The position numbers were made by a program, and so were the translations under genes. A stretch of 64,000 nucleotides of DNA from Ignavibacteria bacterium RIFCSPLOWO2_12_FULL_56_21 (lineage in GTDB: Bacteria > Bacteroidota > Ignavibacteria > UBA10030): assembly GCA_001802945.1 (NCBI GenBank), contig MHAK01000077.1:37520-101519 (forward strand), given 5' to 3'. Below, in pieces: positions 44,425-54,601 of this stretch. The notes below the pieces were generated by a model, which saw only the letters and a list, made by a program, of their open reading frames with translations, searched no databases and was not told the origin of the DNA. Within the stretch, counting starts at the first letter, position 1. Each line of letters begins with the position of its first letter.

Positions 44425-46599
44425 TCACTTCCTGAATGGCCGTCCATGTCCCGAGCTTCTTCCCCGGTCACCCTGACGGCGTTCCCGTTGCTTGTTGATC
44501 TCTTCCATGGCGTTCTCACCGCCAGGAAGCAACGCTTTCCTGCTCAAGCTCATCTTGCCGGCATCGTCGATCAGCATCAACTTCACCTGGATCTCGTCGC
44601 CGACCTTCAACATGTCTTCAACTTTTTCCACCCGTTTGACGTCTAGCTGGGAAACGTGCACGAGCCCTTCCCTACCCGGCAGGATCTCGACGAATGCGCC
44701 GAAGTCCATGATCTTCTTCACCGTAGCCGTGTACACCTTGCCAACTTCCGGCAGCTGGGTGATGTCATTGATCATGCGAATGGCCATTTCCGCTGCCTCT
44801 CCTTCGACGGCCGCAATCGTGATCGTACCGTCATCCTCAATGTTGATCTCGGCTCCGCTTTCCGCGGTGATATGCCGAATGATCTTGCCGCCCGGTCCGA
44901 TGACCGCGCCGATCATATCGACAGGTATCTTGATCGTTTGGAGCCGTGGAGCATACTTCGAAAGTTCTGCACGCGGCGTACCGATCGCCTCCGACATGAC
45001 TTTGAGGATGTGCAACCGTCCGGCCTTTGCCTGGGCGAGCGCTTTTTCCATGATGGCAAAGGAAATGCCCTTGATTTTGATGTCCATCTGGAAGGCTGTG
45101 ATACCCGCTTCGGTTCCGGCGACCTTGAAATCCATGTCGCCAAGATGGTCCTCATTTCCGAGGATGTCGCTCAGAATAGCGACCTTGTCCTTCTCTTTGA
45201 CAAGACCCATGGCGATGCCAGCAACGGCGCGCGGCATCGGAACTCCGGAATCGAACAGCGCAAGACTGCCGGCGCATACCGTCGCCATCGATGACGATCC
45301 GTTCGATTCGAGGATATCGGAGACAATGCGAAGAGTGTAGGGGAATGTCTTTTCGTCGGGAACGATCACTCTCAGCGCGCGCTCGGCGAGATTTCCGTGT
45401 CCGATTTCGCGCCTGCTGGTGGAACCAAGGCGTCCGGTTTCGCCAACGCTAAACGGCGGAAAATTGTAATGCAGCATGAAGCGCTTGGACGTCTCGGGCT
45501 GCAATCCGTCCAGGATCTGCTCGTCCATTTTTGTTCCTAGCGTGGCGGTGGTCAGGCTTTGTGTTTCGCCACGCGTAAACAGGGCCGAACCATGGGTCCG
45601 CGGCAACAAGCCGACCTCGATGGTGATCGGGCGAATATCCGTCAGACCCCGGCCGTCCAGACGCTTTCCTTCGTCCAGGATCGTCCAACGCATCGATTCT
45701 TTTTCGATGTCGTGAATGACGCCGTTGATTGCGGTATCCTGTTCCGGGTATTTCTCTGCAAGTGCGGTTGTGACCTCCGTATAGACCGTCTCCGTGCGTT
45801 TGGAGCGCTCTTCTTTGGCAAGGACCGTTTTGCTGAGCTCCTTCAGTTTGCCCTCGCACAGAGCTTTGACATCGTTGACCAGGCCGTCGGGAATCGACGG
45901 GAGCACGATCTCCCGCTTCGCCTTGCGGATCGCCTTGGCGAGCTCGACTTGAGCCCGGCACAGCTCCCGGATGGCGGAGTGGGCGACGTTGATGGCGGCA
46001 ATCATGTCGGCTTCGGATATTTCTTTCGCCTCTCCCTCGACCATGACGATGGAATCGTCCGTACCGGCAACGGTAACGTCCATATCGCTACGATCGAGTT
46101 CCTCGTATGTCGGATTAATGACATATTGTCCGTCGACGCGTCCCACTCGTACTTCGGCGACTGGTCCGTCGAACGGAACATCCGAGACCATCAATGCAGC
46201 TGACGCCGCGCAGGCGCCGAGGACATCGCCGTCGTGCTGGCGGTCGGAGGAGTAGACGGTGACGATAACCTGCGTTTCGTTCCGGAAATCCTTCGGGAAC
46301 ATCGGGCGGATGGGTCTGTCAATAAGCCGGGCCGAGAGGATCTCCCGTTCAGACGGACGTCCCTCGCGTTTGAAGAAGCCCCCCGGAATCTTTCCGGCAG
46401 CGGCCGTCTTTTCCCGATACTCCACCTGGAGCGGGAAGAAATCTACGCCTTCCCTGGGTTCACGTGCGCACACGACGGCCGCGAGGACCATCGTGTCCGC
46501 ATATTGCACCATCACTGCGCCGTCCGCCTGCTTGGCGAACCGGCCTGTCTCAAACGTGAAGGTCTTTCCGTTGAGTGTAAGTTCCTGCGTGTGTTTCAT
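44425..46599 (-). CDS. pnp: Polyribonucleotide nucleotidyltransferase (PNPase)
   Basis: 724 aa with two RNase PH domains, a KH domain and an S1 domain (GKVYTATVKKIMDFGAFVEI). Confidence 0.97.
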   Translation of the reverse strand: MKHTQELTLNGKTFTFETGRFAKQADGAVMVQYADTMVLAAVVCAREPREGVDFFPLQVEYREKTAAAGKIPGGFFKREGRPSEREILSARLIDRPIRPMFPKDFRNETQVIVTVYSSDRQHDGDVLGACAASAALMVSDVPFDGPVAEVRVGRVDGQYVINPTYEELDRSDMDVTVAGTDDSIVMVEGEAKEISEADMIAAINVAHSAIRELCRAQVELAKAIRKAKREIVLPSIPDGLVNDVKALCEGKLKELSKTVLAKEERSKRTETVYTEVTTALAEKYPEQDTAINGVIHDIEKESMRWTILDEGKRLDGRGLTDIRPITIEVGLLPRTHGSALFTRGETQSLTTATLGTKMDEQILDGLQPETSKRFMLHYNFPPFSVGETGRLGSTSRREIGHGNLAERALRVIVPDEKTFPYTLRIVSDILESNGSSSMATVCAGSLALFDSGVPMPRAVAGIAMGLVKEKDKVAILSDILGNEDHLGDMDFKVAGTEAGITAFQMDIKIKGISFAIMEKALAQAKAGRLHILKVMSEAIGTPRAELSKYAPRLQTIKIPVDMIGAVIGPGGKIIRHITAESGAEINIEDDGTITIAAVEGEAAEMAIRMINDITQLPEVGKVYTATVKKIMDFGAFVEILPGREGLVHVSQLDVKRVEKVEDMLKVGDEIQVKLMLIDDAGKMSLSRKALLPGGENAMEEINKQRERRQGDRGRSSGHGRPFRK

Positions 46600-46609
46600 G
46601 GATCCTTCC

Positions 46610-46627
46610 TATGTACGCACGGACGTC
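46610..46627 (-). promoter_or_regulatory. rpsO-pnp intercistronic hairpin
   Basis: CGGACGT-cgtt-ACGTCCG, 11 nt upstream of the pnp ATG and 22 nt after the rpsO stop. Confidence 0.5.
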
Positions 46628-46648
46628 GTTACGTCCGCGGGGCACCGC

Positions 46649-46918
46649 TTACTTGCGGATATCCAGTTCCTGGATGATCTTGCGGTACCGGGTGATGTCT
46701 TTTTTCATGAGATAATCGAGAAGCCGGCGGCGCTTGCCGACAAGCTTCAGCAGTCCAAGTCGCGAATGATGATCGTGACCGTGGCCTCCGAGGTGCGGAG
46801 AAAGGCTGTTAATATGAGCGGTGATGACGGCGATCTGGACCTCGGGAGTGCCGGTATCTCCGGGTTTCTTCCCGTACTTCGTGATCAATTCCGTCTTTTG
46901 CTCTTTCGTGATTGGCAT
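46649..46918 (-). CDS. rpsO: 30S ribosomal protein S15
   Basis: [47 protein letters not shown]. Confidence 0.97.
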   Translation of the reverse strand: MPITKEQKTELITKYGKKPGDTGTPEVQIAVITAHINSLSPHLGGHGHDHHSRLGLLKLVGKRRRLLDYLMKKDITRYRKIIQELDIRK

Positions 46919-47026
46919 AACTACTCCGTATAAATAATTGGCTATGGAAATGCACGATACCTTAAACTGTGACTCTTGTGCCTATTGGCAAGAATGCAAA
47001 AGTGAAGGTCAATTCTAAGCCGTTGA

Positions 47027-47980
47027 TCACACTACAAACTGACGCACCAGCACTTTCGCCTGTTCGCGGTCGAGATCCATCTGTTTGATCAACTCATCTG
47101 CACCGTCAAATCGCCGTTCATCCCGGAGGCGCTGAAGAAACGTCATCGTCAGCCGCTTTCCGTAGAGTGCTCCCTCAAAATCAAGAATGTAGACTTCGAC
47201 GGTTCGGGCGCCTGTGGGTCGAAACGTCGGCCGGGTTCCAATGCTCGCGAGACCGAACCTGGACTTTCCGTCTCCGAGATCCACGCTGACGAAGTAAATG
47301 CCGTCGTGCGGGATCAATTTCTTTGCGAACTCCGGCGAGATGTTCGCCGTGGGATATCCCAGCGAACGTCCCCGTTTGTCCCCTTCCACCACAGTCCCGG
47401 TCACGGCATAAGGACGTCCCAGGAACCGCGCCGCCCGCGTCACATCTCCTTCGAGAAGCTGTTCGCGGATGACTGAACTGCTGACGGGAACATCATCCAC
47501 GTTTACCTGTTGCACCGCCGTGATGGTGAACGTGAATTCCCTTCCCAGCGCAAGTACGGCTTCGATGCTGCCCTCACGGTCTCTTCCAAAATGGTGATCG
47601 TACCCTTCCACCATTTCGCTGACCCCCGTACCACGAACAAGATAGTTTAGGATGAAGTCGCGCGATGAAAGACGCGAGAATTCATACGTGAACGGAACGA
47701 CGAGCATGACGTCGATCCCAAGGTCCTCACAAAGCGCGCGACGCTCTTCCGTCGAGGTCAGACACAGCACCGGCTTTTCCGGCCGGACGATCTCGCGTGG
47801 ATGCGGGTCGAACGTCACCAGGATGCTTCTTCCCTTCCTGTCTCGCGCACGTTCGATGACGTCCTTCAGGATCTCCCGGTGGGCCAGGTGGACGCCGTCA
47901 AACGAACCGACCGTGACAACGGAATTCCGGTCGTAGCCAACCTCTTCAAGACGTCGGGCGAACTTCATACGTTTCTGCAT
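47027..47980 (-). CDS. ribF: Bifunctional riboflavin kinase/FMN adenylyltransferase
   Basis: VVTVGSFDGVHLAHREIL..GYPTANI..RPTF. The start could be ATG 47980 or ATG 47968; both overlap the truB 3' end. Confidence 0.92.
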   Translation of the reverse strand: MQKRMKFARRLEEVGYDRNSVVTVGSFDGVHLAHREILKDVIERARDRKGRSILVTFDPHPREIVRPEKPVLCLTSTEERRALCEDLGIDVMLVVPFTYEFSRLSSRDFILNYLVRGTGVSEMVEGYDHHFGRDREGSIEAVLALGREFTFTITAVQQVNVDDVPVSSSVIREQLLEGDVTRAARFLGRPYAVTGTVVEGDKRGRSLGYPTANISPEFAKKLIPHDGIYFVSVDLGDGKSRFGLASIGTRPTFRPTGARTVEVYILDFEGALYGKRLTMTFLQRLRDERRFDGADELIKQMDLDREQAKVLVRQFVV

Positions 47981-48659
47981 GCAACAATTGCCGCGCTTCT
48001 TCGAGTTGTTCCATCGTCCAGGCATCGCCGACGCTCCAAGGACCCACGCGAGTGCGCCGTAATGACGTTAGAGTTGCACCGCAACCGAGCCGCTCCCCGA
48101 TATCATGAACAAGCGACCGGACGTACGTACCTTTCGAACACACAAGCCGGAAGTGCACGTCGGGCAGAGAAACTTGTGTGGTTTCAATGGCTGAGATGTC
48201 GACCTGCCGGGGGACTCTTTCTATCGACTTCCCCTGACGGGCGTATTTGTAGAGCGCCCGACCTTTATATTTCGCCGCCGAATACATGGGCGGCATTTGG
48301 TCCTGAGGTCCCAGGAAAGCTTTCACCGCCTCCTCTACGACCGCGGACGAAATGTGACTCCAAGGTCGTTCTTCCTCAACGGGAGTCTCCATGTCAAACG
48401 ATGCGGTTCGTATGCCCAGTCGAAACGTCCCGATATACTCTTTGTCGTATCCGACATACGTCGTAATCAGCTTTGTCTTGGGGCCCGTGCAGAGCACGAG
48501 CAGCCCCGTTGCAAGAGGGTCAAGCGTACCGGCATGGCCGATCTTCCGGATGTGGAACAGATTGCGGACCTTGCGAACCACATCGAACGACGTCCAGGCC
48601 TGAGGCTTGTCAACCTGCAGCACTTCTCCAAGCACGTTAAAATCCCAGCTCTGCGTCAT
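47946..48659 (-). CDS. truB: tRNA pseudouridine(55) synthase
   Basis: KIGHAGTLDPLATGLLVLCTG. ATGA overlap with rbfA. Confidence 0.95.
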   Translation of the reverse strand: MTQSWDFNVLGEVLQVDKPQAWTSFDVVRKVRNLFHIRKIGHAGTLDPLATGLLVLCTGPKTKLITTYVGYDKEYIGTFRLGIRTASFDMETPVEEERPWSHISSAVVEEAVKAFLGPQDQMPPMYSAAKYKGRALYKYARQGKSIERVPRQVDISAIETTQVSLPDVHFRLVCSKGTYVRSLVHDIGERLGCGATLTSLRRTRVGPWSVGDAWTMEQLEEARQLLHAETYEVRPTS

Positions 48660-49033
48660 GACGTTGAATCATCGTCCTCTGATCGGGAGCGCTCTTCGTC
48701 GTGGATCTTCTTGAAGATCGCCTCCAGGTTCATGGCGCGGTCCATGGTATCGTCCAGGACGAACATGATCTCGGGCGTGAACCTCAGACGGACGGCGCGG
48801 CCGATCGTGGAACGAACGACCTGTTTCTGTTCTTCGAGCAGGGTCAACGACTTTTTCTTGCGTGCGTCATCGCCAAATACGCTCACAAAGATGCGCGCCT
48901 GCCGAAGGTCCGGTGTCATCCGCACTTCGGTGACGGTCATGAACCCGAATTCTTCCATGCTGAAGCGGCGTTGAAACAATTGCCCGACCTCCTCCTTGAT
49001 AACGGAGGCAACGCGTTCCGATCGAAGTGACAC
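48656..49033 (-). CDS. rbfA: Ribosome-binding factor A
   Basis: RSERVASVIKEEVGQLF..VTEVRMTPDLRQARIFVS. Confidence 0.93.
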   Translation of the reverse strand: MSLRSERVASVIKEEVGQLFQRRFSMEEFGFMTVTEVRMTPDLRQARIFVSVFGDDARKKKSLTLLEEQKQVVRSTIGRAVRLRFTPEIMFVLDDTMDRAMNLEAIFKKIHDEERSRSEDDDSTS

Positions 49034-49043
49034 GACACACCCG

Positions 49044-51680
49044 TTAATCCAATTTCCGTTTCGTTTCTACGGTACGGTATGACTCGATCACATCACCGAC
49101 CTTGACGTCGTTGAAGTTCTCGAGGCTGATGCCGCACTCAAAGCCTTGCTCGACTTCTCGCACATCATCTTTGAATCGCTTCAGGGACGCGAGCGTTCCG
49201 TCGAAGATCTGTATGGCATCGCGGACAAGCCGAACACGGCTGTTGCGGTTGATCTTCCCCTCCCGGACGAAGCATCCTGCGATAGTTCCGACCTTGGAGA
49301 TCTTGAAAATGTCCCGGACTTCGACGGTCGACGTCACCTCTTCGCTGACGGTTGGCGCCAGCATGCCCTCGAGAGCGTTTTTCACGTCATTGATGGCATC
49401 GTAAATGATGCTGTACAGGCGGATGTCGATGTCTTCCTGCTCCGCAAGCTGTCGGGCTTTGAGATTCGGCCTCACATGGAAGCCGATAATGATCGCCTGA
49501 GAGGCAACGGCCAATAACACGTCGGATTCGGAAATGCCACCCACGGCCTTATGGATGACCTGCACGTTTACTTCACCGGTTGACAGCTTCATGAGGGAGT
49601 CGGACAGGGCTTCCGCCGAACCGTCCACGTCCGCCTTGACGATGATGGGAAGATCGCGGACCTGTCCTGTCTTAATCTGCTGCGAGATATCGTCCAGCGT
49701 GACGCGCCGGTTTTGACGAAAATCCTGTTCCCGCTTGAGCTGCTGGCGACGATTGCTGATCTCGCGCGCTTCCCGCTCGTCGTTCATGACGATGAGAGGA
49801 TCACCGGCCTGAGGAATTCCTTCGAATCCGATGAGCTGGACCGGCTGCGACGGCTTGGCATGTTCGACTCTCCCGCCACGTTCGTCAAACATGGCGCGAA
49901 TGCGTCCGCTCCAAATACCGCAGACAAACGCATCGCCGACATTGAGCGTACCCTTTTGCACCAGTACGGTCGCCGTGATCCCTTTTCCCTTGTCCAACTC
50001 CGCTTCGACCACGGCGCCACGTCCCAATCGGTCAGGGTTGGCCTTCAGCTCGAGCACTTCAGCCTCAAGGAGGATCTTCTCAAGCAGCAACTCAACGTTC
50101 TTTCCAGAACGGGCCGAGAGAGCAACCACTTGGTGCTTACCACCGTAATCTTCAACTAGCAAACCACGGTCGGCCAGTTGTTGTTTGATGCGGTCGGGGT
50201 TCGCGTCCGGCTTATCGATCTTGTTGATGGCAACGATCATCGGCACATTCGCAGCTTGCGCATGGCTGATGGCTTCGATCGTCTGTGGCATCACGCTGTC
50301 GTCCGCGGCAACAACGAGGACGACGATATCGGTGACCTGTGCGCCGCGGGCGCGCATGGCCGTGAAGGCCTCGTGACCCGGCGTATCGAGGAAGGTGATC
50401 TGCTTTCCGTTCGGAAGCGAGACTTCGTATGCTCCAATGTGCTGAGTGATGCCTCCCGATTCTCCGGCCACAACGTTCGCGCGTCGAATGTAGTCGAGCA
50501 ACGACGTTTTGCCGTGATCGACGTGCCCCATAATGGTCACAACAGGGGCGCGCGGCTTCAGGTCCTCCGGTTCATCGGCTTCATCGCGCAATTCGTCGGA
50601 AGCGAATTCATGCTGGAAATCGATGTGGAACCCGAACTCATCTGCGACGAGCGTGATCGTATCCTTGTCCAAACGCTGGTTGATTGACACCATGATGCCG
50701 AGTGACATGACTTTCTGGATAACCTCTGCCACGGTCACTCGCATCATATTTGCAAGCTCGCCCACGGTGACAAATTCCGTCATCCGAAGCTGGGACTTGT
50801 CCCGTTCGATCTGTTCCAGGATCTGTCGCTCTTCTTCTTCCCGTTTCTCCTTCTTTCGCTTCTTGATGGCCGCGCGCGACGTTGCGGTATCGTCGGTCAT
50901 CTCCGAGAGGGTCTCGCGAATGGCCTTGTCCACGGCGATCTCGCTGACCTCTGCGCGTCGACCTTTCTTCCGCTTCTTTCCCTTGGCTCCCTCCTCTTCG
51001 TCGGCGAGCGCGGTCGGCTTCGCTTTGACAACCTCTGCACGAACCTTCTTCTTTTTCTTCTTCTTTTTCTTGTCTTCTTCGGATTCAACCGGGGCGGCCG
51101 GTTTCGGTTTGACAAGGTCCATCTTGCCCTTGATCGTCAATCCTCTGCCGGAACGGGCCTGCAACGTTTCGAGTGGTGACCGGACTCGATTGAGGTCTGG
51201 GGAGGCGGGCGCTGTTGCTGAGGGCGGAACGGGTTCTTCGGTCGGTGAGGTTGCAGCGGCCGCGATTTCCGCGGGTACTTCCGCTGGCGCAACGTGTTCT
51301 TCTGTCGCAGTTTCAGGAAGGCTTTCCGTCGGGACTTCGACGACAGGTTCAGCGACCGTGACTTCTGCCTCCGCGGGAAGCTCTGTCGCCGCTTCTTCGG
51401 GTTTTGCCGGCGCCTCGTCCTTTGCCGCCTTTTTCTCGGATTTGTCGGACGGCTCTTTTTTGCGCGACGTGCGGAATTCCTGAACCTTGCGCTGATGCCG
51501 TTCTGCGACGTCCCGCTCCTTTTTGAAATGCGCCATGACCGCATGAATCATGTCGTCGGTGGCGACACTCATATGGTTCTTCGCATCGAATCCCTTCTTA
51601 TGAAGGAATTCCAGGATGGTCTCGCTGGCCAGGTTGAGCTCTTTGGCCAGATTGTAGATCTTGACCTTCTTTTCAGCCAT
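49044..51680 (-). CDS. infB: Translation initiation factor IF-2
   Basis: 878 aa. [13 protein letters not shown]-domain and a low-complexity acidic/Lys-rich N-terminal region. Confidence 0.97.
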   Translation of the reverse strand: MAEKKVKIYNLAKELNLASETILEFLHKKGFDAKNHMSVATDDMIHAVMAHFKKERDVAERHQRKVQEFRTSRKKEPSDKSEKKAAKDEAPAKPEEAATELPAEAEVTVAEPVVEVPTESLPETATEEHVAPAEVPAEIAAAATSPTEEPVPPSATAPASPDLNRVRSPLETLQARSGRGLTIKGKMDLVKPKPAAPVESEEDKKKKKKKKKVRAEVVKAKPTALADEEEGAKGKKRKKGRRAEVSEIAVDKAIRETLSEMTDDTATSRAAIKKRKKEKREEEERQILEQIERDKSQLRMTEFVTVGELANMMRVTVAEVIQKVMSLGIMVSINQRLDKDTITLVADEFGFHIDFQHEFASDELRDEADEPEDLKPRAPVVTIMGHVDHGKTSLLDYIRRANVVAGESGGITQHIGAYEVSLPNGKQITFLDTPGHEAFTAMRARGAQVTDIVVLVVAADDSVMPQTIEAISHAQAANVPMIVAINKIDKPDANPDRIKQQLADRGLLVEDYGGKHQVVALSARSGKNVELLLEKILLEAEVLELKANPDRLGRGAVVEAELDKGKGITATVLVQKGTLNVGDAFVCGIWSGRIRAMFDERGGRVEHAKPSQPVQLIGFEGIPQAGDPLIVMNDEREAREISNRRQQLKREQDFRQNRRVTLDDISQQIKTGQVRDLPIIVKADVDGSAEALSDSLMKLSTGEVNVQVIHKAVGGISESDVLLAVASQAIIIGFHVRPNLKARQLAEQEDIDIRLYSIIYDAINDVKNALEGMLAPTVSEEVTSTVEVRDIFKISKVGTIAGCFVREGKINRNSRVRLVRDAIQIFDGTLASLKRFKDDVREVEQGFECGISLENFNDVKVGDVIESYRTVETKRKLD

Positions 51681-51719
51681 TGCGTGTGTTTTTGTCAGCC
51701 GGCCGTGGTGGTCGATCGT

Positions 51720-53195
51720 TTATTCGCGTTCCTTTTGTCCTTCATCGTCGGTGGATGCGTCCTGACCGGAAACTTCCGGTTGGGGCGCAGCAGGAACTTC
51801 CGGAGATGATTCTGGTGTTTCAGCAGACGGTTCCGCCGGAGATGCTTCGACAGTGACAGCTGTCGCAGCCGGCTCCACCAAACGGGCTGGTGCAGCGGTC
51901 GTCGCCGAAGGGACCCCTGAATTCTCCTCCTCATTCTCGACTTCCGCTTCTTCCAATCCCTTCTTTAACATTTCGAGGATCTCTTCGATTTTCTGCGTTT
52001 CCACGCCAAGCGTGGCGACAAGTTCTTCCTTTGAAGTCTCGATGACGTCGCGGACCGATTCGTACCCCTCGTCGAAGAACTTGTGGAAGAGAACGTCGCC
52101 GAGCTCCTCGCGGAATTCGGACAGGTCCATGTCGTACTCTTCTTCCTCTCCGCCCTCCTTCAGGACTTGAATGTCGAACCCGGTGAGCTTCGATGCAAGG
52201 CGCACATTTTGTCCCCCCCGGCCGATGGCAAGCGACACCTGGTCCTGGGCGAAGAGCACGGCAGCCTTCTTTGCTTCCGCTTCAACGTTGATCTCCTTCA
52301 CTTTTGCGGGCGCCATGGCCCGCTGAATGAAGACGGAGATATCGTCGGAGAAATTGATGACGTCGATATTTTCGTTGTTCAGCTCGCGCACGATCGCATG
52401 GATTCGAACGCCTTTCATACCGACGCACGCGCCGACGGCATCAATCCGTTCGTCGTGCGATTGCACTGCGACCTTCGCACGGTCACCCGGTTCGCGTGCG
52501 ATCCGCTTGATCTCGATGATGCCGTCATAGATCTCGGGGATCTCGATCTCGAACAATCGCATCAGGAATTGCGGGTCGGTACGTGATATGATCACGGTCG
52601 GGTTGCCGGAGCCCTTGCGGACCTCTTTGACCACGGCGCGGATGGTGTCCCCTTTCTTGTACCGTTCCTTATAGATCTGCTCGCTGCGGGGCAGGATGAG
52701 CTCGTTCTTGTTGTGCATAACGAGGATCTCCCCGCGTCCCTTGCGGATCTGGTAGATCTCTCCGACAACAATCTCGCCGACGGCGGTCGAGTATTCGTTG
52801 TAGATCGTCTCCCGCTCGATCTCCTTGATGCGCTGGTTCAGGTTTTGCTTGGCGCTGATGACCAGCCGGCGGCCGAATTCAACCATCGGAACGATCTCGA
52901 CGTATTCTTCGCCCGCACTCATGGTCTCGCCGGAGCGGGACTTGGCGTCTTTTACGGAGATCTGCGTGATCGGGTCGGTCACCTCATCGACGACGTCCTT
53001 TTCCAGGTAGATCTCGATGTCCCCTTTGTCCATGTTGACGACGATATCGTACTTCGCGGTGAGGCCGTACTTCTTCTTGACCATCATGCCGAAGATATCT
53101 TCGATAATGCCGATCAGAATGTCCCGGTCGATCCCTTTTTCGCGGGCCATCGACGCGAACGATTCAACGATCTCGTGATTCATTGACTCCTCCAA
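51720..53195 (-). CDS. nusA: Transcription termination/antitermination factor NusA, with an acidic Pro/Ala-rich C-terminal tail
   Basis: S1 and KH1/KH2 blocks (GACVGMKGVRIHAIVREL; AIGRGGQNVRLASKLTG). Confidence 0.96.
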   Translation of the reverse strand: MEESMNHEIVESFASMAREKGIDRDILIGIIEDIFGMMVKKKYGLTAKYDIVVNMDKGDIEIYLEKDVVDEVTDPITQISVKDAKSRSGETMSAGEEYVEIVPMVEFGRRLVISAKQNLNQRIKEIERETIYNEYSTAVGEIVVGEIYQIRKGRGEILVMHNKNELILPRSEQIYKERYKKGDTIRAVVKEVRKGSGNPTVIISRTDPQFLMRLFEIEIPEIYDGIIEIKRIAREPGDRAKVAVQSHDERIDAVGACVGMKGVRIHAIVRELNNENIDVINFSDDISVFIQRAMAPAKVKEINVEAEAKKAAVLFAQDQVSLAIGRGGQNVRLASKLTGFDIQVLKEGGEEEEYDMDLSEFREELGDVLFHKFFDEGYESVRDVIETSKEELVATLGVETQKIEEILEMLKKGLEEAEVENEEENSGVPSATTAAPARLVEPAATAVTVEASPAEPSAETPESSPEVPAAPQPEVSGQDASTDDEGQKERE

Positions 53196-53214
53196 ATACT
53201 GCTGTCATGCGCAA

Positions 53215-53670
53215 TTACCACGGCAGAATTTCCTTGCATTCAAGTATGTCTTCATAGGCGACCGTGACTGCTTCGCTGTGTTCCTGCGTAATTGTCACGC
53301 GCGACCCTTCCACGCCTGCGAGCGTCCCCTGTAGTTCATGCTCCTGTTCCCCCGACCGGTAGCGCAGACGGTAATGACGGCCGATATTCTTGCGGTATTG
53401 ACGCAGGAGACGAAGCGGGCGGTCAATGCCGGGCGAGGATACCTCAAGCCGGTACGGACCTTCGGGAACGCGGGCCCCTTCCAGGGCTTCGCCAATGCCG
53501 CGACTGAGCTCCGCGCACTGGTCGATCGTAATGCCTTCATCCGTGTCCGCAAGGACCAGGATGACCTTGTCGCGTCGTTCGCTTTTCAGAACAACGTCGA
53601 TCAGGAAGGCGCCCCGGCCTTCTATGACGGGCGCGATAAGGGATGCGATGGTTTCGCGGAGTTCTTTCAC
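53215..53670 (-). CDS. rimP: Ribosome maturation factor RimP
   Basis: LIAPVIEGRGAFLIDV..YRLEVSSPGIDRPL. GTG start. Confidence 0.9.
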   Translation of the reverse strand: MKELRETIASLIAPVIEGRGAFLIDVVLKSERRDKVILVLADTDEGITIDQCAELSRGIGEALEGARVPEGPYRLEVSSPGIDRPLRLLRQYRKNIGRHYRLRYRSGEQEHELQGTLAGVEGSRVTITQEHSEAVTVAYEDILECKEILPW

Positions 53671-53672
53671 AG

Positions 53673-53703
53673 CAAAAAAAATAGCCCGTTACAGCGGGCT
53701 ATT
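53673..53703 (-). terminator. Intrinsic terminator-like hairpin plus T8 ending 3 nt upstream of the rimP start codon
   Basis: Minus strand reads AATAGCCCG-ctgtaa-CGGGCTATT-TTTTTT-gct-GTG. Confidence 0.75.
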
Positions 53704-53842
53704 CCATAACGTCTAAATATATACATATCAAGGGCCAAACGCAAGCCCTTTCAAGTAGCAACGTCAGTTGCTCAAAACCCCGCATGCCGAAAATAGTGCA
53801 GAAACGCGACTTGGTCAGCACCTCTTGCGCAATCCAAAGACT

Positions 53843-53945
53843 TGCTCAGAAACGAATTATTGAGAAGTCAAACTGAGCTTTATGATTGAACCGTCTAACC
53901 GGTTTCTCCGCACTCGGCACTCCGAACTGAGCACTTGGCTCGGTA
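53843..53945. repeat. Possible weaker relative of the multi-register elements (H)
   Basis: GCTCAG..TGAGAAG..CTGAGC followed by CACTCGG-CACTCCG-aaCTGAGCACTTGG-CTCGG. Less regular than elements A-G and I. Confidence 0.35.
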
Positions 53946-54031
53946 GCTTTCCACCGCTTCCCTCATCCCGCATCACGCTTCCCCAATCAGCCCTTCCACA
54001 ATCCCAACATTCCATCATTCCCGCTCTACCA

Positions 54032-54601
54032 TTATCCACGGATCGACAGAAAGTTTTTCAAGAGATCTTTCCCGAACTCCGTTGCAATCGACTCGGGATG
54101 AAATTGCACTCCAAAAACACGGAATCGCTTGTGCTGAACTCCCATGACGATACCGTTTTCGGTCCAGGCTGTCACTTCCAGATCGTGTGGCATTGTGTTC
54201 CGGTCGACGATCAACGAGTGATACCGGGTCGCGTTGAACGGCGACGGTATGCCGACGAAGATCCCACGTCCCGTGTGATGGATCTTTGAAGTCTTGCCGT
54301 GAACGATCTCCGGAGCTCGCACGACACTTCCGCCATATGCCGCACCGATCGACTGATGTCCAAGACAGACGCCAAGGATCGGGATCTCGGGCCCGAATGA
54401 CTTGATAACATCGACGGAAATTCCGGCTTCCTTCGGCGTGCAGGGTCCGGGTGATATAACAATGGCCGAAGGGGTCATGCGGCGGATATCCTCCAAGCTC
54501 ACTGCGTCATTCCGGACAACCTTTTGTTCTTCATTCAACTCTCCCAAATATTGGACGAGATTGTACGTGAAGGAATCGTAGTTGTCGATCACGAGCGTCA
54601 T
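54032..54601 (-). CDS. trpG: Anthranilate synthase component II (glutamine amidotransferase)
   Basis: IDNYDSFTYNLVQYL..GVCLGHQ..VQFHPES. ATGA overlap with trpE. Confidence 0.93.
   Translation of the reverse strand: MTLVIDNYDSFTYNLVQYLGELNEEQKVVRNDAVSLEDIRRMTPSAIVISPGPCTPKEAGISVDVIKSFGPEIPILGVCLGHQSIGAAYGGSVVRAPEIVHGKTSKIHHTGRGIFVGIPSPFNATRYHSLIVDRNTMPHDLEVTAWTENGIVMGVQHKRFRVFGVQFHPESIATEFGKDLLKNFLSIRG

Noticed and set aside
51040-51075. Homopurine/homopyrimidine run encoding KKKKKKKKK in IF-2, considered as a slippery or phase-variable tract
   Set aside because: It is a mixed AAG/AAA codon run inside a low-complexity linker that is typically variable in IF-2. There is no long mononucleotide repeat and no alternative frame with coding potential.
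50533-51483. 316-aa plus-strand ORF rich in Ser/Ala/Phe
   Set aside because: It is antisense to the low-complexity Lys/Glu/Ala-rich N-terminal region of infB. Its composition is simply the complement of that region.
51720-51990. NusA C-terminal acidic Pro/Ala-rich extension, considered as a separate gene or a fusion
   Set aside because: It is continuous in frame with the NusA KH and helix-hairpin-helix region. Low-complexity tails of this kind are common lineage-specific extensions, and nothing suggests a distinct domain.
53882-54289. 135-aa plus-strand ORF
   Set aside because: Half of it is antisense to trpG. The rest covers the C-rich tract, giving a Pro/Ser/Leu-rich artefact.
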